NCBI GenBank assembly: GCA_030295235.1
Contig: AP026128.1
Span: 868,001-932,000 of the forward strand
Source: Fistulifera solaris
Lineage: Eukaryota
Direction of reading: 5' to 3'
DNA: 64,000 bases
The notes under the pieces are model-generated. The model saw only the letters and a list, made by a program, of their open reading frames with translations, was not told the origin of the DNA and did no database searches. Of this stretch, positions 11,160 to 21,905 are shown one piece after another (the first letter of the stretch is position 1; each line of letters begins with the position of its first letter). Position numbers and translations under genes: made by a program.

Positions 11160-12323
11160 AAAGCATAAAAGATGCAACGCTTCCAGTGTCTACGCGAATT
11201 TCACGTAGCCGTCGTAGGAAATTTATCTCTGCAGGGGTACCCGGATACTAAACAATTCGCCATCATCCAATTCTTATATTTACAGTGCACAGATATCAAC
11301 ATTTTTCTTGCGCAATGTATTGGATTCATATAGGTAAGCAATAATAGCCATCGATTTGAAAACAAAACGTTCATGGAACGGTTGATGCAACGCTTCGAAT
11401 GTCTACGTGATTTCACGTAGCTCTCGTAGGGAAATTTATCGACATAGGGGAAACCCGGATATTGCGTAATTTCGATCACACCATTATTCGCGCCTTTCGG
11501 ACACCAGTGTCATCGATACTTTGTCCATCATCGCTAATGCATGTCATTAAGCAATAATCAACTTAACTTTGATTTATCACTGAATCATAAAAACATAAAA
11601 AGATACAACGCTTCCAGTGTCTACGTGAATTTCACGTAGCCGTCGTAGGAAATTTATCTCTGCAGGGGTACCCGGATACTAAACAATTCGCCATCATCCA
11701 ATTCTTATATTTACAGTGCACAGATATCAACATTGTTCTTGCGCAATGTATTGGATTCATATAGGTAAGCAATAATCGCCATCGATTTGAAAACAAAACG
11801 TTCATGGAACGGTTGATGCAACGCTTCGAATGTCTACGTGATTTCACGTAGCTCTCGTAGGGAAATTTATCGACATAGGGGAAACCCGGATATTGCGTAA
11901 TTTCGATCACACCGTTATTCGCGCCTTTCGGACACCAGTGTCATCGATACTTTGTCCATCATCGCTAATGCATGTCATTAAGCAATAATCAACTTAACTT
12001 TGATTTATCACTGAATCATAAAAACATAAAAAGATACAACGCTTCCAGTGTCTACGCGAATTTCACGTAGCCGTCGTAGGAAATTTATCTCTGCAGGGGC
12101 ACCCGGATACTAAACAATTCGCCATCATCCAATTCTTATATTTACAGTGCACAGATATCAACGTTTTTCTTGCGCAATGTATTGGATTCATATAGGTAAG
12201 CAATAATAGCCATCGATTTGAAAACAAAACGTTCATGGAACGGTTGATGCAACGCTTCGAATGTCTACGTGATTTCACGTAGCTCTCGTAGGGAAATTTA
12301 TCGACATAGGGGAAACCCGGATA
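11160..12323. repeat. Tandem repeat, 431-bp unit (about 2.7 copies), built from two diverged 212/219-bp subunits
   Basis: 'tcacgtagccgtcgtagg' recurs at 11201, 11632 and 12063. A related block 'gatgcaacgcttc...tcacgtagc...aaatttatc...cccggata' also occurs at about half the period (11171 vs 11383). Confidence 0.95.
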
Positions 12324-12533
12324 TGGTGTAACCCGCCATCATCCATTTCTTGAAATTGCTTTGAAGGAGTGCTAACCTAAAACGTATTGTTGTGCGCAAT
12401 AGACATTAGAAATAAACCACTCGCACACGTTATATTGTTTTACTGCCGCGATCGTCTTCTGTCATCATTTACACGGCAGCACCAGCTCGTACTACTCCTC
12501 ACGGCTACCACGTATCATTCCCTCTTGCAACAA

Positions 12534-13646
12534 ATGGATCGATCCAACACATTCTCTGGCCTGCATTTCGATGCGCTCAAACTTGAAATAGACTTGATCC
12601 AGAAGGTGATGACTCGAAACCGGTGCAGCCACGGTAAAGCAAAGTACTTTAGGCTTCTAGCCATAGCCTGCTCATCTCTGAGAAAATCGAACGTGCTTGA
12701 ACTCTTTGATGAAGTGACCGGACTGCTTCAGGACATCCCAGCAATGTGCAAATCGTACAAGACGAAACGAAAGCGCCAAGAAATTTTTTGGGAATTTCAA
12801 CCGTCAGAAGAAACGAGTGAAATGAACGAAAATGACCTCCATCAGTTGTCCCAACGAATCGACCAAGTGGCAAATTGCTTTTCTTGTCAATTGCCTGTCT
12901 GCTTGTCGAAGTTTGTTTATGCTTCGAAATTCTTCTTCTTGGAAATCTCAAGAGGGTTTTTTCTTCCGTTTTGCGTGGTTACCATTGGTGCTATCGCACG
13001 TATACGGACTCTTTTAGAGCAATTGGGACGATACGTGTCACGAGAGTGCTGGTGCACACTTGAATCGAGTTGGCAGGAATTCCGCGATTTACATGGAGCT
13101 GAGAAACGTTCTTTAATCGCTTTTACTGGCTACAAAGAAGAGCTTGAAAAAGCACGCAGTATTTTCGCTCAATCACTCGTACCGGTTGACTACAGTAATG
13201 CTCTTTCGAAAGTAGACCGCGCCACTACAATATTACAAGATCTTGGTATCCACGTTAAGCTAAGCAAGAAAAATAAAAAGGAGAACAAAAGTAAATCAAG
13301 TTCAGAGGATCTTGATGACCCTTTTGGGTTATCTAATCTTGCAAAGGACGATGATTTTTACGACCGTGGTGAGGTTGTTAAGACTGCCGACGCCTCGTCT
13401 TCAGCCCATACAAAAGAGACCGCGGCATTTGATGAGAGTGCAAGCACTTCAGCTCTTCGACATGGATCTGACTTGTTTCAAGTCGATCGTAACTCTGAAA
13501 TCTTGGAAAAGATGAAAGGAAAGAAGGCCAAGCAGAAAAGGTCTTTATCCAGTGCAGTGGATTCATCGAAGCCAAAGAAGAAACGAAAAGAGAAGAGTAG
13601 TAAGAAGGTAACGGGGGACTTCTTTGACGATCTTTTCTCGCGCTGA
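12534..13646 (+). CDS. NEPRO/RMP1-like nucleolar protein (DUF4477-type N-terminus, Lys-rich tail)
   Basis: 'LEIDLIQKVMTRNRCSHGKAKYFR' and 'GFFLPFCVVTIGAIARIRTLL' fit this family. The tail is Lys-rich and ends 'DFFDDLFSR'. Confidence 0.6.
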   Translation: MDRSNTFSGLHFDALKLEIDLIQKVMTRNRCSHGKAKYFRLLAIACSSLRKSNVLELFDEVTGLLQDIPAMCKSYKTKRKRQEIFWEFQPSEETSEMNENDLHQLSQRIDQVANCFSCQLPVCLSKFVYASKFFFLEISRGFFLPFCVVTIGAIARIRTLLEQLGRYVSRECWCTLESSWQEFRDLHGAEKRSLIAFTGYKEELEKARSIFAQSLVPVDYSNALSKVDRATTILQDLGIHVKLSKKNKKENKSKSSSEDLDDPFGLSNLAKDDDFYDRGEVVKTADASSSAHTKETAAFDESASTSALRHGSDLFQVDRNSEILEKMKGKKAKQKRSLSSAVDSSKPKKKRKEKSSKKVTGDFFDDLFSR

Positions 13647-13783
13647 ATGCCGGAACGTCATTAGGTTTACAGCTGCGGAATTGGATTCTGCTTCGATGGA
13701 GATGCAAAGTTGATTTCTATCTAAGTCTTATGTAAATCAGATGAGCCCATGAATTCCCGAAAAGTCATGCACGGCTTACTTTG

Positions 13784-15442
13784 CTACTTTGGGATATTTT
13801 TCGTTCGGCGGACCGGGCGATCGATGTGAATAGTGTCAGTCTGGGCATTGTGGTAGGCGAAGAACGGACGAGGAAGATCTTCGCAGAAACGTCTCATCTT
13901 CTGCTTTGCGTCCGGGAGGGATTCGGCGACGAAATATACCGGCTGGTAGCGAGTAATTGGAAATTCTTGTTTTGACGCAACTTCAGGGTCCCACTGTTTG
14001 AATATCGGTGCTGCATCCGCTCCTGGGTGTTCGGGATTGCAAGCATACTCTAATTCACCGAACGATGATAGAAGGCCGGCGCCGTATGCTTTATTTGCCC
14101 CGCCTTCATTGCACACACCGAATTCAACTGAGTGCCAGTAGCACTGATTTCAATCAAAAGAAGTTAGAGTCCCCGCAACTAATCACAGCAATCAATACTT
14201 ATGCAAGACTGTTGCACTTACTCGGGCTAGCTTGTCAATGTCTTCGTCACTGGCCCCCAAGCTTGCCAGACCAATCTCCTGTGAGAAATCACAGAAATCC
14301 CGATCCGCAAACATCGGAGCGTGTCCGAGTAACTCATGACAAATATCAGGCTCTGGCGTATATAAGGGTACCGAATGATGCCGAATGTACTGTGTGCAGA
14401 AAAAGACACGAAAAGCGAGCCCACTGAGAAAATCGCGACTGCTCAACAGTCCAGCAACAGGTCTTAATCGAAAATCAGTGTGCTGCTGCAAGAAGGTGCT
14501 TATGTCCTGTTGCTGAGGAATTTCTTCCCGTGAATATCCACAGTGCTCTTTCATGAGCTCAAAGGCTTCGATGAACTCCTTGCAAGCATATGAGTCATAG
14601 AGAGGAATCATCTTGTCCCAAACCGCACTCCACACCGTCTTCTCGTCGTCATTGTACTGAATACGTGGAATCGGCTTCTCAATGGAATGCTGTTGAGCAT
14701 GCACCGCAAGCTCAGCTCGACGTGCGCGGTACTCAGCATCATGGAAACCGGGGTGATCAGACTCGAGGTCCTTGCCTAATGAAAAGCAATGTGAGTGTTA
14801 ATTCTGTAACCGAGACAACCGCGAATGGATTCTCGTTTACGCACCAGCATCCAAAACTCGACTGACAACCATGTCCAGCTCAGAGACATGACGGGGAAAC
14901 CAGCTTACTTGCTTTTCGTCCAAGATTAAGAGCTTGTCGGTGATAGGCTTCAACGCTTCTAGTAATTGTTCAAACTTTGAGTCCGACATTGACCCCTCGA
15001 GATCTACATAGAAATCGAATCGACGCTGCAAGCCTTTCGTGACTACAGGTCGACTTTCAATGCGACAAATGTTGACATCATGCTTCCAAAAGTGACGGAG
15101 AACGTCGTGCAAGATTCCCACTCGATCGGTAAGCTCCATCAACAACGAAATGCGTGGTGTCTCGCCGTATTTTGTCACGTCATCCTCTACGTGAGCTCGC
15201 TTGAGAATTGGAACATGGTCGCGATAAAAACCTTTCTGAGTAGATTTGTTATAATAAACGATACCATCGCGCGTGTTATCGTCCGACATTTGGGTCTGTG
15301 TAGATTGCAATCGCAGCGAAGCGGCGGAGAAGATTGTCGATGGTGAGAGCATGCATCCGCGTGTTGCTTGCCAAGCAGATCGCTGACAGCGCTTCATCGG
15401 AAGGTCGAGTAGACGACCAATTACCGATCTGTTCGTTATCAT
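13784..15442 (-). CDS. PAH: Phenylalanine-4-hydroxylase with ACT domain, 3 exons (introns about 14778-14859 and 14146-14221)
   Basis: ACT domain 'NICRIESRP'; catalytic motifs '[27 protein letters not shown]', '[14 protein letters not shown]' and '[14 protein letters not shown]'. Confidence 0.92.
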
Positions 15443-15847
15443 CTTACTTTTGAATATCTCTTGGACCCTTTTTACTCCGCAGCAACAAACAATGACATGG
15501 ATAAGGACGACAATGCTTCAACAATTCGCAGTTCTTTGACAGAACAGAATTCGAGGGAATAATGACAGTGTCACGTTTCGAAAGTCGTACAGGTACCGAA
15601 CCTCCGCACAACTGACATTATACACTATAGTCAAAGTGGGGTATAGAAATTTTAGTTACCGGTAGTTTACGCGACGTCCATACGCACGTCGTCCAGACGA
15701 TATTTTTGCGTGATCTTCTCCTCCACCCATGACAAGAAAGTGTTTGTTGATTATTTTCCTTTTATTTTATTCCATGAGAAATTTCTTCTCGTTTGTTTCA
15801 ACAAAGCCGTAATTCTAAACATCAAGAACCAGTCGACAAGAGAGAAG

Positions 15848-18800
15848 ATGGGAAAACGCAAAACTAGGTCGAAGCGGTCTGCTTCGTCGCTTCCAAAAGG
15901 CCTCCCTGTTCGAAATGTTGGCGGAAGCAACCCATTTGAAGTATCGGCGGCTCACAAGCGTCCAAAATTTCAAGTGCACAATCGCGTTACATCCAAACAA
16001 CCTCAGGCCCCTTCGAAGCTTGCACAGGCACTGCAGAAACGAAAACATCAAGTTCAGAGCGCTTACAAAGCATCGAAAAAGGCCAATGTGTTTGCCGATA
16101 ACCGTATTGGTGAATACGACGATACGATGACAGCCGAACAACAAAATCTCGCTCGTTTGGTCAGGGAACGAAGTCGCCAATCTAAAAAACATGCGAAATA
16201 TTCTCTTGAGGATGACGATATCTTGACGCATCGCGGAAAAGCTGTGGACCAGATACAACATCATAATATTGTTCTGTCGGATGATGAAGACGAGGATGCC
16301 GGTAATTTAGACGCTGCGGATACGGCGCTGCATTTTGGTGGGGGCGAAAACTCAACGAAGGAAAAGTTTGATTATTATGGCAATCAGGCCGAGGGCACTG
16401 CGGAACGAATGGCTCAACTCTACGAGAAGCGAAAGATGGATTTGGACGACCTTATTCTGCGTCGAAAGATATTGAAAGCGGAGAAGATGCAATCGAAGGA
16501 GCATCAAGCCGAACGATTCGCCGCGTTGGATGAGTCGTTTGATCAAATTGCGGCGCAACTCCAATTCCGCGACAAAGAAAAGGAAATTCGACAGCACTTG
16601 GCTTCCAAACGTGAGGGGACGCTGTCTCCTGAGGATGCTGAAATGGCGGACTGGGACAAGGAAATGAAAGAGTATTTACATGTCCAACGTAAAGTCAAGG
16701 CGAGTGACCGAACTAAGACGCCAGAGGAGATCGCGAAAGAGGAAGCAGAAAGATTGCACAAGCTTGAAACTCGACGTTTGGCTCGAATGAACGGTGACTT
16801 TGAAGATGATGACTTTTCTGATCTTTCCGATAATGAGACGAAAGGGAAAAGGAAAAGGCGGAAGAAAGACAACGCAAATCCTGAAGAACTGTCAGATTCC
16901 GATGATGACGAAACAGATGACGAAAAGGTTACAACACGCTTTACTGCCGATGGGTTGGTACGAGTAAACAAGGATGGAATAGTTGTTGGGAAAGCAGGAG
17001 AAGAGATTGATGGCAGTGACGAAGATGACGAAGAGGATGATACGCCCAAAGAAACTCCCGCGCTTGATTTGCCAGCTCCATTGGAAGTTAGAACTAGAGT
17101 TAATGCTAGTTACCGTGCGAAGGAACAGTATGATGGTAACGAGTCATGGTTCACAGGTATCGTCGAAGCCGTGCACAATGATTCAAAGGGCGGTTTCAAA
17201 TATGATGTGAGATATGATGACGGCGATTTCGAGGAGGAAGTTGAACCCCAATTTATCAGAGTCTTAGCCAGGTCGGCAGAAGAACTCGAAAAGGAAGACG
17301 AAGCGACAGCGAAGGATTCGGATATAAAATTCAAGCGACAATTAGCCAAGGAAAAAGCTAGGTATGTTTTCAAAAATGTTTTGTTGGTGTTCGCTCCGGC
17401 TTCGCGTTTGCAAGAGATTTCTCTTGATTGCATTTGTTCTGGTCAAGGTGTGGGCGTTTTGCTCTACGCTTGGGCTACGATGAGAGCTTGCACCCATAGT
17501 GATTTATGTCACAATAGTACCTTTGAATAAGAGACGTCATTCATTGGTCTCCTTGACAGGCACATTACTCACGTTCGCCCTTAGGTCTCAGATTCCTTTT
17601 GTTTTCGAAGTACCTACCACACTTGAAGCATTACATGATATCATTGCAACACATGCGACTACTGGTAAAGAAGCTTCACTCATTATGAGCCGGATACACA
17701 AAGCTAATTCTGTGAGACTTGATCGAAGAAACAGCGAAAAGATGCAGAACTTTTATGATGTTTTAATTCGTCGATTTATCGCTGTCGGTGACGCGATTCA
17801 CAAGTCAGGCGATGGCGGTGCTGAACTTGGTCGTTATGCGCAACTTGACGCATTGGTCAAACTAATGTATGATATGGCACAGGATGCCCCGGAGAGCGCG
17901 GCGGCTGTTTGGAGTCGTAGGCTTGGGTTCTTCGAAAACGCGCACGCCAAACGTTTGAGGGACTCAGAATTTGTGCGCGATGACGGCGAAGAAGCATTTT
18001 CAGCTTGGCCTTCGACAGGAGTTTTTCTAGCGCTCCGTGCTCTCTGTCATATATTCCCTGCAACTGATCTTCGACACCAGATTGTTACACCTGCGGTGTT
18101 GCTGCTTGGGCAAATTGTATCTCACACACCTGTTGCTACAACACACGACTTGGCAATGGGCATCCTTCATGCCGGTTTGCTAATCGAATACACAAGAGAA
18201 GCGAAGAGGGTATCACCGGAGGCTCATGGATTTCTTGCCGGTGTAATTCGGCTGTTTGCAGCGAAAGAGGAAGAGCGCCGACTTCGGCAACCAGTTCCAA
18301 GTTTGGAGCATGCTGCTGAAGAATCCCATTTCACACATCTTCGAATCGGTGCGTCGCGTTATACCGGCGAAGACTTACCGCAACTTTCACTAGAGAAACA
18401 GTTTCTTGATGACGATTCTACTCCAGCCGCTTTGTTGAATACGGCCTTACAGCTAGCGCAAGTTTCAGTGCAAAATTTGAACGCGTCTTTGTTTTCAGCT
18501 GGAACGGAAGCATTTTTCGAATTAACGGCAAGCATCCTTGCTATTGATCCTAAAGCCAAAAATGCCCTCTTCCTTCGGTGATACAAAAGCTGTTGCCTCT
18601 TCGGCGTCGTCTCTGTCGCTTTGTCTGAGCTCTGCACGATCTCCATTGAAAAGACGACAAGGATCTTCTATTCAAGAGAAAGCAATCAAGACTCTTGCTC
18701 CTCGACTTGAAGATCCCGAGAGGTATTCTATGTCGAAGGATAAGGGGAAAAGTGCAACACAAGCGGCTGCTGATCGTGTGCGCCGCGAGTACAAGCGTGA

Positions 18801-19056
18801 GCACAAGGCTGTCGCCCGCGAATTGCGAATGGATGCAACCATGGTCGAGAATGAACGTCGACACGAGAAACAAGCGAAGGATTCAACCGAGCGAGCTAAG
18901 CGACACAAGGCTTTTGCTTGGATGGAAAATGAGCAGGCGACAATGAACCAGCAGGTTCGACAAGGTGGCGGTCTTCTCCAAGGTGGCGGCATGGGGGCCG
19001 CCAAAGCAAAGGCTGCTTCTGGCAAGCTAGGAATCAAAAAGGGTGGAAAATTCTAA
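15848..19056 (+). CDS. NOP14: Nucleolar protein Nop14 (intron 17362-17584; apparent frameshift near 18560)
   Basis: 'NPFE', 'FADNRIGE', 'LTHRGK', 'ASDRTKTPEEIAKEEAERLHKLETRRLARM', 'FPATDLRHQIVTP' and 'REYKREHKAVARELRMDA'. Confidence 0.9.
17430..17567 (+). ncRNA. Candidate intronic box H/ACA snoRNA
   Basis: Lies in the 223-nt Nop14 intron. Hairpin 1 (tgtggg/cccata, gctct/agagc), H box ACAATA at 17511-17516, hairpin 2 (gagac/gtctc) and ACA at 17562-17564. Confidence 0.35.
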
Positions 19057-19205
19057 GATGATTGAAAACAATGATAAAAATGAACAATGATAAAAATGAC
19101 AAGCATTGCAAGTTAGACAACAGTTTAAGTTTGCGATTTTCGGTTGTTGATTGTAATGACGGTAGATGTAGATCTCATGTAAATATTCACTGCGGAAAGT
19201 CTTGG

Positions 19206-19890
19206 TTACACCCCGAATAACTGTGGCGTGAATACTAAGCCAGCTATAGCCAAACAGATTGCGGCCGCTTCCAGGCTTTCTTCGTCAAAAGCCGCCTCTT
19301 GCTCCACAGCTTTAATTTCCGCACTCTTGACCATACTTTCAGCTTTTTGGAAGAAGTCATCTGCATCCGTAATAGAATCCTTTTTCTCGTCAGGCTTTAG
19401 ATGAGGCAGTTCCGGCATATCTGCCTCAAGTTCAGGGAACAGAGTAGGATCCGGTGTGTTTTGTTTCAAAAGATGTAACTGCATATCGAGCTCTTCTTCG
19501 ATAACGAGCTGGTTGAGAGCTTCTTCTGAAGCAACAATATTATCGCTTCCAAACATGAATTTCTGTAGTCGTTTTCTGTGAAGATCTAGAAGAATGTTGC
19601 GTCAGTTTCAGCACTTCACACGTCGAGCAATCTTTCTTTTCGCACTCACTATTTCTGAGATGTTCCATTTCCTCAATGCTGCACTCTCCAAAGTTTTCAG
19701 CGCACTGTTTCGCACGTTCCATATCTATAGACTGATAGTCTTCCATTGGATCGTATGCAAGGCCGTGGGTATCCTTTTCGATATCCCACATGACGGTGCG
19801 AGCTTTACCTCCGATTCCGACAGGTTTGACGACGAACGAGGAGGCAAAGGATGTTCCACTGAGGATGACACAAATGATGCGGGTTAGCAT
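19206..19890 (-). CDS. Plastid-targeted hypothetical protein with a C-x6-C motif and C-terminal hydrophobic anchor (intron 19586-19649)
   Basis: Signal peptide + 'ASSFVV' leader; 'RAKQCAENFGECSIEEM'. A GT-AG intron joins the two ORFs. Confidence 0.7.
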
Positions 19891-20384
19891 GGTTCGTTAG
19901 ACTGAATGGTATATGAGGATGGCTCCTAGTCTGAGGGAGTTGTTAGCTGTTTGAGTTCAAAGCGAGAAAATGCTCACAACATGGCGAAGCGATGAAAGAA
20001 AAAGATCGCGGACGAGGTTCTCTTTTTCGCGTTCTTCGCGAAAATGTGAGAGAAATAATGCGAACACAAATGTCATCTATGACATCACGAACGTTATTAA
20101 AAATATTTTGCAATCCCGTCCGAAAAAAATGATTACGGAGTACAAGGAAGAGCCAAGTCCTAGTCAGTTTCAGAGCCCTGCTATCACATCACGCAACGAC
20201 CTATTGCTGTATCGTTGCAGTTGATGTAGTAGCGTCACTTTCGTTGGTGGTCATGAAAGCGTTACTTTAACCTCTCGGCGACCAACCTTTAGAACCATCT
20301 GCATACGCAACGACTATTCGAATACTTTTGTTTATTCAGTAGCTTTATTTCTTGCACGAGAAAAGTAAACGATTTTTAATAGAT

Positions 20385-21566
20385 CTAGCGCATTGGACGA
20401 AGGCGGGCTTTGCCATTACCTCTTCGCGAAATTCTCTCTTTGTAATCAATGGCGCGACTGCTTGGAACAAACGTAATGTCTTGTAAGTCCGGAGGTTCCA
20501 ATTTTCCGAATCTTCGCTTCAATGGAGAAAGGATTGCTGCGGCTGACGGCTTCCAGAATACTGCATTCTTCCTTTTATTCCAAGCATCCTTGTCCATGGA
20601 TGCCAAGACATCCCACATGTTAAAGACTTCCACATTTTCTGGCTTGTCTGGCATGTTTCGTTTCGCCTGACGCTGCTTGAGCTGATTCCATGCTGCCTCT
20701 AAATCCTCATAGTTGAAGAAGAGTGGAGTTTCTTGTCGTTGACCCGTAATCAGTCCTTTAATGGGATGTCGCTTCCGTAACGCCGGACAATGAAAGACAG
20801 GAATACCGGTGTATCCTTCCATATGTGCCGTACCCGGGGGCGCTGTGCTGGCTCCTTTTCGTTCTCGTTTATTACGGCGGCGCATAATGTTCAGTCCCTC
20901 CAAGGCCGAATTCCCCAATATGACAGTTTGCGCATCTTGTGCTGCTGTTTCACTTTGCAGTCCCACTCGTTCTCTTCCCTTGCAGCGAGCGGCGTAAAAC
21001 AGTTGTCGTTTGGGAGGTACAATTTTGTAACGAAGCGAAGCACCCTGAGACGTGTCAAATTTTCCCGTGAGAGCATCCGCGGGCGCCCCGGTGGGTAACC
21101 CACTGCCCAGGTTGGTCGCTTGTCGCAACGCACGAGTCAAACTGAGTGAAGTAACGCGAACATCAGTAGATTGCATGGCGTCCATCTGTTTCATTTCCGC
21201 ATGAGCCGCAATGGCGTCGTCGGGGTCCATGTAATACAAAGCTACCGTCCGAACTTCGGTCCGCTCTTCGGAAACGCTCTGTGGGTTGGAAGACGATGCC
21301 GCGGCCCGCGATTCTTGCACAACTTCATCCAAATCACTCAACTTTTCCATACTCATGTAGGGACTGCCCCAGGGCGTTGTAACGGCAAAGACGGGATGAC
21401 CCGCCACGCGTTCGTAGGGAGTGCGTGCATACGTTGCCGATCCAAACAACGAACCGAAATTCAAGAAACGGCGCGTCGATGTCAGCACAGCGTTGGGCAA
21501 ATTTTCGGCAACGACTGCTTCGGTTACCAGCAGCGCAAGTAGCAGAGGATGGAGTCTTGGTTTCAT
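20385..21566 (-). CDS. Tic22-family plastid import chaperone-like protein
   Basis: N-terminal signal peptide, then 'PVFAVTTPWGSPY', 'YYMDPDDA', 'GIPVF' and 'TPLFFNYEDLEAAW', the duplicated Tic22-type pattern. Confidence 0.7.
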   Translation of the reverse strand: MKPRLHPLLLALLVTEAVVAENLPNAVLTSTRRFLNFGSLFGSATYARTPYERVAGHPVFAVTTPWGSPYMSMEKLSDLDEVVQESRAAASSSNPQSVSEERTEVRTVALYYMDPDDAIAAHAEMKQMDAMQSTDVRVTSLSLTRALRQATNLGSGLPTGAPADALTGKFDTSQGASLRYKIVPPKRQLFYAARCKGRERVGLQSETAAQDAQTVILGNSALEGLNIMRRRNKRERKGASTAPPGTAHMEGYTGIPVFHCPALRKRHPIKGLITGQRQETPLFFNYEDLEAAWNQLKQRQAKRNMPDKPENVEVFNMWDVLASMDKDAWNKRKNAVFWKPSAAAILSPLKRRFGKLEPPDLQDITFVPSSRAIDYKERISRRGNGKARLRPMR

Positions 21567-21905
21567 TTTGATGTGTCTTGTGTTGGATAGCATATAGATT
21601 ATAGTCTATGAAGTTTACAATCTTTTAAGTATAATCACATCATCATTCCACTTGGAAGTGTGGGGGTCAAAATTGATCGGCTTTGTTAGTACCGAGACGA
21701 CACGTGTCTGTTATAATTTATGAAACAAGACGCACCACATATAGCAGAGACCATTCTTGTATTACCATAACAGTAGGCGGCATGCCGAAACGCTCGCGAG
21801 CACGAGCGACGACACACGCGAGGACAGGGGGAAATTTTGCATTGCAATAATAACCGATGCGTTGCATTGTTGTCTTCCATACAACAATAATTCAGCAAGA
21901 GCAAC

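Noticed and set aside
11201..12278. Repeated 92-aa ORFs (MIEITQYPG...)
   Set aside because: Translations of the 431-bp satellite with non-ATG starts and no coding evidence.
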